A DNA stretch of 64,000 nucleotides from Squalus acanthias (GCA_030390025.1 CM059431.1:115074001-115138000); one strand, 5' to 3'. Shown: positions 1-12,532, counted from the first letter of the stretch. The notes: generated by a model from the letters alone, not told the origin. Program-made: numbers and translations.

Positions 1-483
1 TGGGCCCCTGGGGATCGGGAGTGCTGGCAAAAGAGCCCAGCACTCAAGAGAAGTGCTGGGCTCATGGAGCGCAGCCGGCACTCCGCGGGGGGGGGGCCAT
101 TCAGGAGGCTGGGGACGGGAGCGCAGGCAGGTGTTGGCAGGCAGCCAGCAACAAAAATGGCCGCCCCGCACCTTGCCTTTAAATTGCGCCTCCCCGGCCG
201 CAGGTAGGCCCCCCGACCCCGTCGGACATAGCGTCAGGCAGTAAGTCAGGGGGTGCTCCCAAAGATCGCGGCTGGGGCGCGAGCGGGGCACTGCACATGG
301 CGATGACGTCATTGCCGGCGGCGCAGCGCCGCGGGGCGTTAACGGTTAGCGCCGCCACTAACCTCCCACTGAATTTCGCAGGAAGCGTGGGCGGCGTCGC
401 GCCCGGGCACTTGTTGCTTTGCGCCCTGTTAGCACCCTCTTAGGGCGCTAACGGGAGGCGCAAAGCAACCCAATTTTTCCCCC
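1..483. mobile_element. GC/CpG-rich terminal part of a non-autonomous Harbinger-type DNA element, truncated by the window edge
   Basis: Ends in CAATTTTTCCCCC followed by TAA. TTAGCGCC-type motifs are shared with the element at about 60925-61690. Confidence 0.6.
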
Positions 484-829
484 TAAATGTTTTACACTAG
501 TGAAATAAAAAAACAATTCAACCATTTTTTCGGCCGCAGTTTCAATCAGCTTAAGTCACAGTGCAAATTCAAAATCATTCATGATCTAGTCTACTCACAC
601 TAGAAGTTGGATGGGTTATGATAGCTGACTATAATCAGCACAATTTAAGTACTTTCAAAGGTTTTTCAGATGTGTCACTTGAAATGAGGGTACATACTAT
701 CAATATTTAAACTTGTAGAGGCATTATACACTAATACTGATAAGTTTCACCTACATTTGTGTGCCTTTCTACGGGGTTCACAAACCATTCTATAATTCAT
801 GTATTGGAAACGGATGCAAGGGCACGGTG

Positions 830-1700
830 ACCCTTGCAAGTCGGCCCCAATCAATCCAGGCACCTGAAATGCTCTTTCAACATGTCTGGTGTGCTTGCTG
901 ATGATTCTGGTGGATTAATGGATCTTGTTGTAGTACTGTTCAACTGCACTCCTGGGAAAGGATACAGGTATGATCAGCTATGGTTAGAGAATAGCCTTGA
1001 TCTCCAAGCATCCACCCTCAGAATTGTCTTTCTGTGGTAAAGAATGTAGACATGATGGAGTTTCTTAAAATAAAAGCATTGTGTGATCTCCCTTGGAAGT
1101 GAGCGTTCACTTGAATGATGGTCGCAAACGAGCTGCACATTGAGAAAGTGGAGTCCTCTCTTGTTGGTGCATATATGGGCACTGATCAAGTGAGTATTTA
1201 GGCTCATGTACTGCAATCTATGATTCCTCAGACTTCGGGGAATCCTGCTCCTCAACAAATTGGCAATGCTTGTCATGTTGGCAAGGTCACCCATGGGGAA
1301 GCTCAAGAGATCAATGCATCCATGACTTGCTTGTTGTATCTATACACAGCTATTTGGCCTGTCTTACAGAGGTCCCCAGTGGCAGCCTGGAATGAGCCCG
1401 CAGCACAGAAGCTAAGGGTGGGGGTTATGATCTCAACAGCGACTAGCAAAGTGGTGACTGCGGTGGAGGAGGCTTGCTTGCAGCATGTGGCAGAACTTGT
1501 TGACAGCTTCCTTTGGAAACCAAAGCCTCCACAGATAAAAGCAAGTAGGACCATTTCTGCCTGTAGCATGGGAATACTGATGGGCAGGGGGCCATGTATC
1601 TGTGATGCACTCTCAACAGCCTGGCCTCCCTCAGTTGCTTTAACTCTTCTTTTTTCAAGAAGCAAAGATCGGAGCAAATTCCCAATGTGTTGTGTCTGAA
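830..1700 (-). mobile_element. Decayed PIF/Harbinger (HARBI1-like DDE) transposase
   Basis: Minus-strand fragments LLVAVEIITPTLSFCAAGSFQAATGDLCKTGQIAV (N-terminal region) and NKRGLHFLNVQLVCDH (N-x-K-G-x-H-S-x-N-V-Q-x-V-C-D motif), broken by frameshifts. Confidence 0.8.
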
Positions 1701-1959
1701 AAAGTGGAGAGGGGCAAATGGTTGTCCATTCGCAAATGACATATGGGCGGATAGCAACGTAGGTGGCAACAAAAGGTCCAAAAATAACCCAGTAATAAAT
1801 TTGGAATGTATAAGCTAGTTCCCTTGATATTCTCTTGCACCTTCAAAGTAGTGTCTAGCATCCGTGGATGCCAGTTTTATACTGGCATTACTATAATTCG
1901 GCATTAATAGGAGCTGATCGAAAATGCAAGATTTCACATCAGCATATCAGTAACATCTC

Positions 1960-2045
1960 AAGAAGAAGGCCCACCACTACTTTCTCAAGGGACAGGCAAT
2001 AAATGCCGGCCTTGCCAGTGAGGCCCACGTCTCGAGAATGAACTT
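1960..2045 (+). mobile_element. 3' end fragment of the CR1/L2-group LINE family seen at 7025-8990
   Basis: CACCACTACTTTCTCAAGGG...GCAATAAATGCCGGCCTTGCCAG matches the reverse complement of about 7040-7110 and 42420-42500. Confidence 0.65.
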
Positions 2046-2961
2046 TTATAATCCAACCAGCAGTAGATGATATCACATTCATTAGCATAGTACTGTGTTC
2101 TCACTTATTCAAACAGTAGATTTTTTGGAACCTTTGAAACCGTCAAAAATATTGCATGTGTATGATTACTTGGATTTTGTGATGTGGAACTGAAATGTCA
2201 AAGTGCATTTTCTGTTTTGCAAGGTGATATGGCCCTTTAACTTTACTTTCTATTGTGGTTCCTTTAATATCCTTAGAGTTTGGTAGAGGGCAGCATTATT
2301 ATTCTAGTTAATGTTGCATTTCCCATTCGGGATTAATTTCAGGTCTTCCTGTTATTTCTCCATGGAGACCCTCACAACCCACACAACAGGAGCTTTATAG
2401 TTTTATTGTTTACACCGAATGTTCACAACGTTTATGTATTTTAAAAAATGGAGTAAAAGAACAAAGGATGTCAGAAGCATGAAGCCTTTTCATTTTTTCT
2501 CCATATATTGAACACTTGTTGACCTCGTTCAACTTATCTCATCTTCGAAATTAGTTTTAATTAACTTTTTACAGATTGTAGTTCGGAATAAGACTGATCA
2601 AGTGATTGGGATATGATTTGTTGGTCTGATTTATGGAAAAGACACATGTTCCCCAAAGTGGAAACATTGCAGTAGGGATTGAGAAAAAAAAATACATCAA
2701 AGGAATTGCTCCATTAAAAGAAAAGTCAAATCCAGTCAGATCACTCATCCTTAGTTAGAATTATAGTTACAGCAGCCTGCATGTTCTGGTCAGGTTACTG
2801 TTTAGCTCCAGGGCTGGGGTTAGTTCTAAATCGGAGTCTGTTTGTGTTTCTGGGCATGGAGAAAGAGTATTGTGAATGTTTCAAAGTAAGCTGATTTATC
2901 ATAAAATTCATTATATAGGCACATATATATTATAGACACATTACACGTATATGTATACATT

Positions 2962-3326
2962 AGAAAGAAAGAAAGACTTGCATTTATACAGCGCCTTTCA
3001 CGACCACCGGACGTCTCAAAGCGCTTTACAGCCAAGGAAGAACTTTTGGAATGTAGTCACTGTTGTAATGTAGGAAACGCGGAAGCCAGTTTGCGCACAG
3101 CAAGCTCCCACAAACAACAATGTGATAATGACCAGATAATCTGTTTTAGTGATGTTGGTTGAGGGATAAATATTGGCCAGGACACCGGGGATAACTCCCC
3201 TGCTCTTCTTCGAAATAATGCCATGGGATCTTTTACGTCCACCTGAGAGAGCAGACGAGGCCTCGGTTTAACGTCTCATCCGAAAGACGGCACCTCCGAC
3301 AGTGCAGCACTCCCTCAGCACTGCAT
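2962..3326 (-). mobile_element. DeuSINE-type SINE (SacSINE1/AmnSINE1-like), 5'-truncated
   Basis: Minus strand has the Deu-domain-like GGGAGTGCTGCACTGTCGGAGGTGCCGTCTTTCGGATGAGACGTTAAACCGAGG and an L2-like tail ending TATAAATGCAAGTCTTTCTTTC. Confidence 0.8.
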
Positions 3327-3429
3327 TAGCAGCGGAGCACTAAATATCTCAGATGGACCATAAGCAATAAAACTAATTATTACTGAAATGGTTTCTATTG
3401 ATTCCAATGCTATTTTCTTCTTATGCTTG

Positions 3430-3950
3430 TGGTGATTTTAACCCTACCCGCCTGGCAGAAACCAAGTTAAAATTGCACAGTTGGCCAACCTGCCCTGGAG
3501 CTGCTGGGAATCGACCATTTCGAATTTGAACCTGTTCTACTGAGCAGGTGGGAAGGACGCCCGCCCAAAGCTGGTGGGTCCTTCTTTACATCTGGTCCTG
3601 ATGATGTTATTGGCAGCTGACTGCAATTTTAATGGATGGTCTTAGTGGGAAGCCGCTGTGGCTTTTCTGCTAGATGAAGAGAGCGGAATGAAGAGACGGG
3701 GCCAGAAGAGGCCCAAACAGGTAAAACATTTTTACTTTCCTTGTGGGACCAGAGGAGTGTTGTCAGCGGGCAGCTTCCAGGTTGTGTGATTTTTTTTCTG
3801 CCGCTTCCTGCTGAATTCCTGCCTGGAACGGGTGGGAAATCACCGGCAGGACTTAAATGAGCTAAAGTAACCCGGGTCCTCATTTCTGGAGTTTCCAAAC
3901 TCACCTCACTACTCACTTGCTTCAAACCTGCCAGAGTTAAAATCAAGGCC
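3430..3950. mobile_element. Old GC-rich non-autonomous DNA element (Harbinger-type MITE)
   Basis: GATTTTAACC...GTTAAAATC inverted termini. Internal motifs are shared with 29418-29870, 33571-34317 and 57314-58377. Confidence 0.55.
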
Positions 3951-4099
3951 TTCAGTACAGAGAATGCACAAGGTAGGAAGTTTAGAACATAGAGGAGAAA
4001 ATGACTGTGGCAAAATGAATTATATTCAGCAACAGATCTCTAATATTATATGGTGTAAAAATTTCAAAGGAATGGCTAATAATTTAGAAAACAATGAGG

Positions 4100-4232
4100 T
4101 CGAAATTTCATGGGGAGGGGGGTTCCCAAATCTCCTGCCATAACTTTGGCAGAAAATTGGTGGAAACTGCAGAGAAACTGCATCTGCCAATCTCCCGCTG
4201 AAGTTATGCAGGAGATAGGAGAACTCCCCCCC
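4100..4232. mobile_element. Short palindromic MITE
   Basis: Inverted arms CTCCTGCCATAACTTTGGCAG and CCGCTGAAGTTATGCAGGAG. Related to 25712-25866 and 56203-56361. Confidence 0.55.
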
Positions 4233-4389
4233 ACCCCCACTCCCACCACCCCATGGCAATTGCTGGCAAATTATCTTCACCATAGAACAATCATTTCCCA
4301 CCCATTGTCTTCATCGATCCTCCTGCTCACTCCAGGGATGCTGCAATCCCCACAGCATCCACTCCACAGCAGTCTTACACCTTCGATGA

Positions 4390-4600
4390 TAGCAAAATAC
4401 TGCAGATGCTGGAAATCCGAAATAACAACAGAAAACGCTGGAAAAACTCAGCAGGCGAGGCAGCATCCGTGGAGAGAGAAACAGAGTTAACGTTTCAGGT
4501 CGAGACCTTTCATCAGAACTGGAAACACCAGGAAATCAAATAGATTTAAGGCAAGGATAAAGCTGGGAAAAGGGGGAGGGGATGAAAGAACAAAAGGAGA
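4390..4600 (-). mobile_element. Penelope-like element pLTR remnant
   Basis: GCAAAATACTGCAGATGCTGGAAAT...CTCAGCAGG...GTGGAGAGAGAAACAGAGTTAACGTTTC family, also at 28330, 40603 and 43270. Contains a hammerhead motif. Confidence 0.7.
4485..4520 (-). ncRNA. Minimal type I hammerhead ribozyme motif (Penelope-associated)
   Basis: Minus strand reads AGTT-CTGATGA-A-AGGT(CTCG)ACCT-GAA-ACGT-T-AACT: stem I AGTT/AACT, CUGAUGA and GAAA cores, palindromic stem III. Confidence 0.7.
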
Positions 4601-4869
4601 CATTAAGAGACATTAAGAGATATTCAAGGCAAGAGGTGGTGTTAATGTGACAGGTTAAGGCTGAAAGAAGTGTGAAATGCACTGGCAGAATGAAGGCTTA
4701 CACCTTCCTCTTGCCCACTTCCATGCCTGTTGAAAACTCCCTTTTTAACAGCTACGTATCTGCTTCAAACCTCTTTCCAGATCTGCTCAACTCCCAGCCC
4801 ACCTGTATCCTGCCCACTCTACACCTGAGGGAACAATTCAATTCTGTTTTTTTCTTGTACATTCCACAG

Positions 4870-5089
4870 GACACATCCAGAACCAGTGAAGATTAAATGT
4901 AATGGTCACTGGATTGTGCGACAGATCCCGTTGGTGTTAAAGTTTGAATCCAACAGGCAAACCTTTGCAGGCCTGCTGCTTTCAGAAAAGCATCCAGACC
5001 AGACAATCACTGAAGTCATTCAAAGGCGCACTGGGTTTGTGAACTTCAAAGTATCGCAACTGAATAATGTGCCAGCAAGAGAAAGATAA
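4870..5089 (+). CDS. Candidate terminal coding exon of an unidentified host gene (xTHPEPVKIKCNGHWIVRQIPLVLKFESNRQTFAGLLLSEKHPDQTITEVIQRRTGFVNFKVSQLNNVPARER*)
   Basis: Pyrimidine tract and CAG acceptor (TTTTTTTCTTGTACATTCCACAG|G). Open phase-2 frame runs to TAA in non-repeat sequence; AATAAA at about 5488. Protein not recognised. Confidence 0.4.
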
Positions 5090-5339
5090 TAACAACAGAC
5101 AGATATAATCTAAATGTGAAACAACACCAACAAGGAAATCTCAAACACAGAGACCATGTGGCAAGAGCTGTACGACCTTTAAGCAATTCTTCATTGAAAT
5201 TTCACTATATCAGGAGTTGGTTGTTAGTGTCTCACTGACTTAAATTGAAGAAAATAGTAAGTTCACTTTCAGTTATACTAAACAGTCATTCATTCTGAAT
5301 TCTCAGAATGATTTATATCCTTTTTAAAATGTACCAATA

Positions 5340-5720
5340 CTTGGTGGGTAAATGTTGGGTGATGTGCTACATAGACCAGAAGCATTTCAGAGTCTATCTT
5401 TGTTTGTGCCGAGTTAGCTGATATTAGCTGAGCCAATGGTAAAGTATTACCGATTTCAGTCTCCCTGACCTAGGAAAGTAAAAAGGAAATAAAGTAACCT
5501 CCTCAAATTATGCAAGTGTGGCTGTTGGGGGCAAGATCAGGCAGAGCTGTGATCTCCACAAGGTGATTAGTCTTAGGTCACTTGTTCCAAGGGTGACATA
5601 TGAACAGTGGTCAATTGGGCAAAGTAATGGAAGGCATTTCAAACCCAAGGAATCAGACTACAGGATGAACAGCCTCTTATAGGAGATGAGGAGAGTGTTG
5701 AGAGGAAAAACAACAAAAAA
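5340..5720 (+). mobile_element. Old SINE-like repeat (GAGTTAGCTGAT family)
   Basis: Degenerate match to 50140-50480. Confidence 0.5.
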
Positions 5721-7024
5721 TGCTTATAATCCAAAGACCTTGATGCACTTTGCTTGTTAGGATTGTGAGTTTAGTCCAAAACTGATTGTAACCTATGAAA
5801 AAAATGATTGCTTACTGTGAGATTGTTTCCTGTGGATACATTGGATTGATCACTTTAAAAAAAGTATAATTAAGAAACTCAGGTAGTGCTGGCAGAGATT
5901 AAATTGTTCAGGAGCAGAGCATATAGTCTTGATTGATCTACAGGCACATTCCATTGTTTGTTACAGGTTTAAACAGTGCAGGATTAGCCCTTAGCTTTTC
6001 ACTGTAAATGGGTAGCAATTTCAATATAACAGATGGATTTTCATTCCAACAGATGACACGTGAACTTGGATATATGATTTTTTTTGTTATAAATTGAGTT
6101 TTACTATGATTGAATTTGCAAGTAAGTTCCACCATGGAAGAAATTCGAACTTGGATTCCAACTTTGAATAATAAGCCCCAATTCAGAACAGTCTGGTGCG
6201 TAAGCAGAAAGTGTTAGATTTTCCAACTTGGCAGGAATCCCAGTGGATTAGTGATGGGGGAGGCTTTGTGCTCATCTGAGCATTGACTCAGGCTCATTTG
6301 AATTTGGGGCAAGTCCAGCAATCCCAGCAGGAGGTACACATGGGTTGGACGTTGGGCGAGAACAGGAATGGGCATGACTATGATACACTCCCATGCCTGA
6401 ATAGCCTGGTGACACTCAATGTTGAAGTGGACACATGAATATTGTTGACTTGGATGAGGTAATGGAGGGCAATCAATGTCTGTGATACCATACTCCAGTA
6501 AAGAGTCAATGTAGATGGTTTTTCACAGGGATTCTCCTGCTTGTTTGCCATAACTTTGGTAGAAGATATGGGGAAACCTTGGAGAAATGGCATAAAAAGA
6601 AGAGAGATGAAGAGAACACAGGCAAGAAAAGAGAAGAAAACCCCCCAAAATAAATAATCCTTTTTTGACAGAGATGAAACATGCATTTTTACACATGTAT
6701 TTTGTACACGAATTACAGGATATATTTATTTCAACATCTCCCCTAGATATGAATTCCCCAACAGGTGTTCTGAAGTGAATGGAAATAAATCTACCACAAA
6801 TGAACTGCTGGTGATAATTGCACACATTGAACTCTAATATATTAACAGTCTTCTACTGCACACTTCCTATTGTCAGACTGATTTCCTGTGTCACGATTTT
6901 CACGGCTGTGTCATGATTGGGTAATGCCTGAGTGTTACTATATATACACATTATACTTGCCTTTCAGTCCTCCGAATGTTAAGTGGCATTGTGGCTCCTG
7001 CAAGGTCTATCTCACAGGTCTGTT

Positions 7025-8990
7025 ATTTTTTAATTCATTCACAGTATGTGAGCATCACTGGCAAGGCCAACATTTATTGCCCTTGAGAAGGTGGTGGTGA
7101 GCCACCTTCTTGAACCGCTGCAGTCCGTGTGGTGACAGTACTCCCACAGTGCTGTTAGGGAGGGAGTTCCAGGATTTTGACCCAGTGCCGATGAAGGAAC
7201 GGCAATATACTTCCGAGTCAGGATGGTGTGTGACTTGGAGTGGAACTTGGAGGTTATGGTGTCCCCATGCACCTGTTGCCCTTGTCCTTCTAGGTGGTAG
7301 AGGTCGCGGGTTTGGGAGGTGCTGCCAAAGAAGCCTTGGCGAGTTGCTGCAGTGTGTCTTGTAGATGGTACACACTGTAGCCACAGTACGCCGGTGGTGG
7401 AGGGAGTGAATATTTAAGGTGGTGGATGGGGTGCCAATCAAGCGGGCTGCTTTGTCCTGGATGGTGTTGAGCTTCTTAAGTGTTGTTGGAGCTGCACTCA
7501 TCCAGGCAAGTGGAGAGTATTCCATCACACTCCTGACTTGTGCCTTGTAGATGGTGGAAAAGCTTTGGGGTGTCAGGAGGTGAGTCACTCGCCGCAGAAT
7601 ACCCAGCCTCTGATCTGCTCTTGTTGCCACAGTAGTTATGTGGCTGGTCCAGTTAAGTTTATGGTTAATGGTGACCCCCCAGGATGTTGATTGTGAGGGA
7701 TTTGGCGATGTTAATGCCATTGAATGTCAAGGGGCGATGGTTAGACTCTCGCTTGTTGGAGATAATCATTGCTTGGCACTTGTGTGGCACGAATGTTATT
7801 TGTCACTTATCAGCCCAAGCCTGAATGTCGTCCAGGTTTTGCTGCATGCGGGCATGGACTGCTTTTTTATCTGCGGTGTTGCAAATGGAACGGAACACTG
7901 TGCAATCATCAGCGAACATCCCCACTTCTGACCTTATGATGGAGGTACGGTTATTGATGAAGCAGCTGAAGATGGTTGGGCCTAGGACACTGCCCTGAGG
8001 AACTCCTGCAGCGATGCCCTGGGGCTGTGATGATTGTCCTCCAACAGCCACAACCATCTTCCTTTGTGCTAGGTATGACTCCAGCCAGTGGAGAGTTTTC
8101 CCCCTGATTTCCATTGACTTCGGTTTTACTAGAGCTCCTTGATGCCGCACTCGGTCAAATGCTGCCGTGATGTCAAGGGCAGTCACTCTCACCTCACCTC
8201 TGGAATTCAGCTCTTTTGTCCATGTTTGGACCAATGCTGTAATGAGGTCTGAAGCCAAGTACTCCTGGCAGGACCCAAACTGAGCATCGGTGAACAGGTT
8301 ATTGGTGAGTAAGTGCAGCTTGATAGCATTGTCGACGACACCTTCAATCACTTTGCTGATGATTGAGAGTAGACCGATGGGGCGGTAATTGGCCGAATTG
8401 GATTTGTCCTGCTTTCTGTGGACAGGACATACCTGGGCAGTTTTCCACATTGTCAGATAGATGCCAGCTTGGCTAGAGGCAAGGCTAGTTCTGGAGCACA
8501 AGTCTTCAGCACAACAGCCTGGGATGTTGTCAGGGGCCCATAGCCTTTGCTGTATCCAGTGCGCTCAGCCATTTCTTGATATCACGTGGAGTGAATCTAA
8601 TTGGCTAAAGACTGGCTTCTGTGATGGTGGGGACCTCAGGAGGAGGCCGAAATGATCATCCACTCGGCACTTCTGGCTGAAGATGGTTGCAAAAGCTTCA
8701 GCCTTGTCTTTTGAACTCACATGCTGGGCTCCACCATCATTAAGGATGGGGATATTCATGGAGCCTTCTCCTCCTGTTAGTTGTTTAATGGTCCATCACC
8801 ATTCACGACTGGATGTGGCAGGACTGCAGAGCTTTGATCTGATCCATTGATTGTGGGATCGCTTAGCGCTGTCTATAGCATGCTGCTTCCGCTGTTTAGC
8901 ATGCATGTAGTCCTGTGTTGCAGCTTCCCCAGGTTGGCATCTCAATTTTAGGTACGCCTGGTGCTGCTCCTGGCATGCTCTTCTGCACAA
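7025..8990 (-). mobile_element. 5'-truncated non-LTR retrotransposon (CR1/L2 group), RT domain, disrupted
   Basis: RT motifs [31 protein letters not shown] and FADD; C-terminal IYKAQVRSVMEYSPLAW; frameshifts and stops. Confidence 0.9.
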
Positions 8991-9289
8991 TGGGTAGGAG
9001 ACAATGAAGGAGACTGAGGAAAGAAAGGGATGGAGAGTGGGCAGGGAAGCAAGCCACTGAGGGCTGCAGGCTCCATTTCCTAACACCCTCAGTGTCTCTC
9101 TTCCATGCCACCTAACACATAAAAAAGAAAAATACAGAGAGAGAAGCAGAAAGACATAGAAATGGAAGCAAAAAAAATAGTTACGGAGAGAGAAATAGAA
9201 TAAGAAAGAATAGAATGAGCAACAGATGAATGACAGAGAGACACGAGAGAGACCATATCCTCTGATGTATCATGTGCAATGTTACAGGA

Positions 9290-9660
9290 GATCCACTGCA
9301 TTGCCAAGATAGATGACTCTGTGGTGCTGTTGATCACAGTGTCACCATCCTCGGAGCTGCTAAAACAGGGCTTGTGGCTCAATGCTACCAGTGCCCACTA
9401 CCACTCATGGCTGCCATCCCCCCGCATTACTCCCCTGCTGCTTCGCCCCTCCACAGCTGGACCCCTGACCACGAAGCCCAATTCGAGCGTGGCTCAAGAA
9501 CATCCTCTGCAGTGTCAAAACCTGCTCTCTAGACTGTTGCCGAGCAGCTTATGGCCCCGAATTTCCTGGATGTCAGTTGCGCCATAGTTGTAATAATTTA
9601 CGCCATTCACCAGCAGAGGGAGTTACACACAAGTTTCCTGGGCTAGCTCATTTGAATAAT
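9290..9660 (-). mobile_element. Probable Harbinger-derived remnant
   Basis: Composition and motifs resemble the transposase-upstream part of 39250-39700. Weak match. Confidence 0.3.
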
Positions 9661-9739
9661 CTTGGTGCATTCAAAATGTGAATGGGTGGAGAATCATGGG
9701 GGTGAGTGCAGAAGTGGAGAACCCCGGCCATGGTCTCAT

Positions 9740-11260
9740 CCAGCCTTGAGATTTAATAAGCTTCTGTTTCCCTGTATCCTTCTTCAAAACCTCACTCAGT
9801 TCCACCCCTCTAGCCTTTCCTTTAACAACCTTATTGTCTATCATCTCCTTCCCAAGCCTCACCCTGACTTTCTCCCTGAGATATCCTCCCTTCTTTGTTG
9901 CATCAGCTTCTGCGATGAGTGCTTCCTCATCCTAGATGATTTCAATCTCCGTTTTGGCCACTCTGTCCCTCTCAGCTACAAATTCACTGCCCTGCTGTCC
10001 TCCCTAAACCTTTCCCTCCACATAAACCCTTACCCACAGTTAGACCCATTTCCATGAAATCACCACCTCAAGAGGCCGCTCCACTCACATGGTCTCAATC
10101 ACCAATAAGACTTGCTCACCACCCACATCCCTTTATGTTCCTTCAACCACATTTCATTCTATAAACACCTTGGAAAAAACACTTCCCCCAAGTCACTCAT
10201 AACTGCGCTCTTGAACTCTATTCTGCCTAACCTTTGGCACTCCATTGCCATGATATTTCTGCAACTGTTGATTTGGTCAATCGCTCCCTCACCTTCACCT
10301 GTGATGGCCTCGTCCCACAGTAAAACCTTCACCATGCCCTATCCTGGTTGCTCCCTCAAGTCTAAAGGGCGCAAACTTGAGCGTACCTGGCATAACCATT
10401 CATCACCAGATCCGGCTTGACCACATCAAAGTCTAGCAGGTCTCATTCTTCTATACCAGAATGGTCCATTACTTTAAGATCATTCTGGAGATGAAAGTTA
10501 ACCCCAAGCTCCTTTTCTCTGCTACCAACTGCATCTTTAAAATTCTCTCCCCTGCCCCTCCACCCAGTGTGAGGAGCTCATGGATTTCTTTGTCTCCAAG
10601 ATAGAGACCATCAGTTCAGGTGGTTGCCCTTTCCCACTAAGTCAAACCTCCCCTTCAGTCCCATCCAAACCCGAGCCTTAAACCATTCTCTCTCTCATTT
10701 CTCCCCATCTCCTCTCCAATCTCAAGTCATCCATGTGATGTATCTCTTGCTGCCTTGATCTCATTCTCAATAAGCTGCAGACTTCAACAACAACAACAAC
10801 AACGACTTGTATTTATATAGCGCCTTTAACATAGTAAAACGTCCCAAGGCGCTGCACAGGAGTATTTTAAGACAAAAAATTTGACACTGAGCCACATAAG
10901 GATAAATTAGGGCAGGTGACCAAAAGCTTGGTCAAAGAGGTAGGTTTTAAGGAACGTCTTAAAGGAGGAAAGAGAGGTAGCGAGGTAGCGAGGCAGAGAG
11001 GTTTAGGCAGGGAATTCCAGAGCTTAGGGCCTAGGCAACAGAAGCCAACTTGCCTCTCTGCATTGCCCCCACCCACCCCGCTAGCTGACATTGTAAATGG
11101 TTCCCACCCTTCAAGCACTGTCTCCCTAACTTTCAAAGCTGCTGTCATCACCCCACTCCTCAAAAAACTCACCCTCGACTCTTCTTTCCTTGCTAACTAC
11201 CATCTCCAACCTCCCTTTCCTCTCCATTGTCCTTGAACGTGCGTCACCTCCCAATCTATG
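9740..11260 (+). mobile_element. Decayed L2-type LINE ORF2 (endonuclease to RT), interrupted by a younger L2 3' fragment
   Basis: Pyrimidine-rich. Fragments LIVYHLLPKP, LILDDFNL and ADIVNGS...FKAAVITPLLKK...NY. Confidence 0.7.
10786..11045 (-). mobile_element. L2 LINE 3' end fragment with (TTG)n tail
   Basis: FCCLGPKLWNSLPKPL; near-identical to 32038-32280. Confidence 0.85.
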
Positions 11261-11339
11261 CTATATTGAATATTAAAGTTAAGCAGTCTGTACTTACCAA
11301 TATTTTAGAATTAGGGAGAAAGAAATTAGACAACATATT

Positions 11340-12101
11340 GCGACAGAAATTAGGCTCGCCACGGGTGAGTACGCACTATGTACTCACCCGTGGACGGAAC
11401 GAAAGTGCCGGTTTCTTGCATACACTGCGCATGCGCGGGAAACCAGCACTTCCATTCCCCTGAAGGAAGGGGTTCAGAGGTCGAACGCGCACGCCGGAGG
11501 GCCAGCGCGTTCGCCTCGCACTTCGTTTTTTTTTACAGGTTCCTCCGTGAGGGTAAGCACGGAGAAGATACACATTGAAAAAGGAGGCGCAAGGCCTTCT
11601 TTTAACAAGGTAAGTGCTGATTTTATTAAAATTTAAACATTTTTTTCACAGATTTATCTTTTTTAATTACTTTAAAGAAAGGTAAGTTTAGTTTTAGCCC
11701 CGTTAAAAAGTGTAATTAATTTTTTCAAAAATTTAAATTTTTGTTTAAAATAGTTAATTAATGTAATTTATAGTTATTTTAAAATGTGATTTAAAAAAAA
11801 TATATTTGTAGTTTTAGGGATGTTTTGGGGCTGATCTGTATTCATAGATTTGACAGGTCTTCCTGTCAAATCTATGAATGAAAGATGGTCTGCTGCCATT
11901 GGCTCTCCATGGCCCACGTGATCCCAGGGGACGCATCGCACTAACTACGCCCCTGGGATACGCAAGCACTGCGCACCGGCAGTTGGAGGAGGCCCAGGAC
12001 CGGAATCCCCCGCGGGCCCAGGGGTCAACGGCAGGCGCGGTAGGTAGGTGCCCGCACAATCCTTGCACCCGCGGGAAGCCAGGGAGCCGAATTTCTGGCC
12101 T
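11340..12101. mobile_element. Harbinger-type MITE, about 760 bp, with GC-rich arms and an AT-rich core (copy 1 of 3)
   Basis: Termini GCGACAGAAATT...AATTTCTGGCCT, flanked by ATT/ATT. Homologous in inverted orientation to 41007-41760 and 52951-53686. Confidence 0.8.
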
Positions 12102-12532
12102 ATTGTATTTTTAGCCATCCTTTGCTAAATAGCCAACAGCATCTAAGCCATGTCTTAGGCAATATTCTGAATTACTTTATTAAGACAGCCAATGGGATCC
12201 TACAGGATACTGAAAGAGGATATGGAATTAACTGCAGTAAGAAAGGACACTTGGTAATAATATTGCTGCAGTCTGGAAAATAAATTTAGCATGAGACTTG
12301 CAGTAATGCAGCTTGTTCTGTCCAATAATACTCTACAACTGTTACACAATCCTTTGCTGCTGCATCCACATTATTAAGATGTCTAATACAACTGAAAGAC
12401 TTGCATGGAGAGCTTGGAGAGGAGATGGGGAGAAATGAGAGAGAGCATGGTTTAAGGCTCGAACTTGGGACCAACGATCGCGACGTCCGCAGCAGACCTT
12501 GATATGGGCTTAACAGGCTCACCACCCGTTGG

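Noticed and set aside
1..483. Host CpG-island promoter
   Set aside because: It ends in a transposon-type terminus and shares motifs with 60925-61690. The other CpG-rich patches in the window are also MITEs.
2343..2483. Possible coding exon (GLPVISPWRPSQPTQQELYSFIVYTECSQRLC..) upstream of 4870
   Set aside because: The acceptor is plausible, but there is no good donor in the phase required to join the 4870 exon, and the peptide is not recognised.
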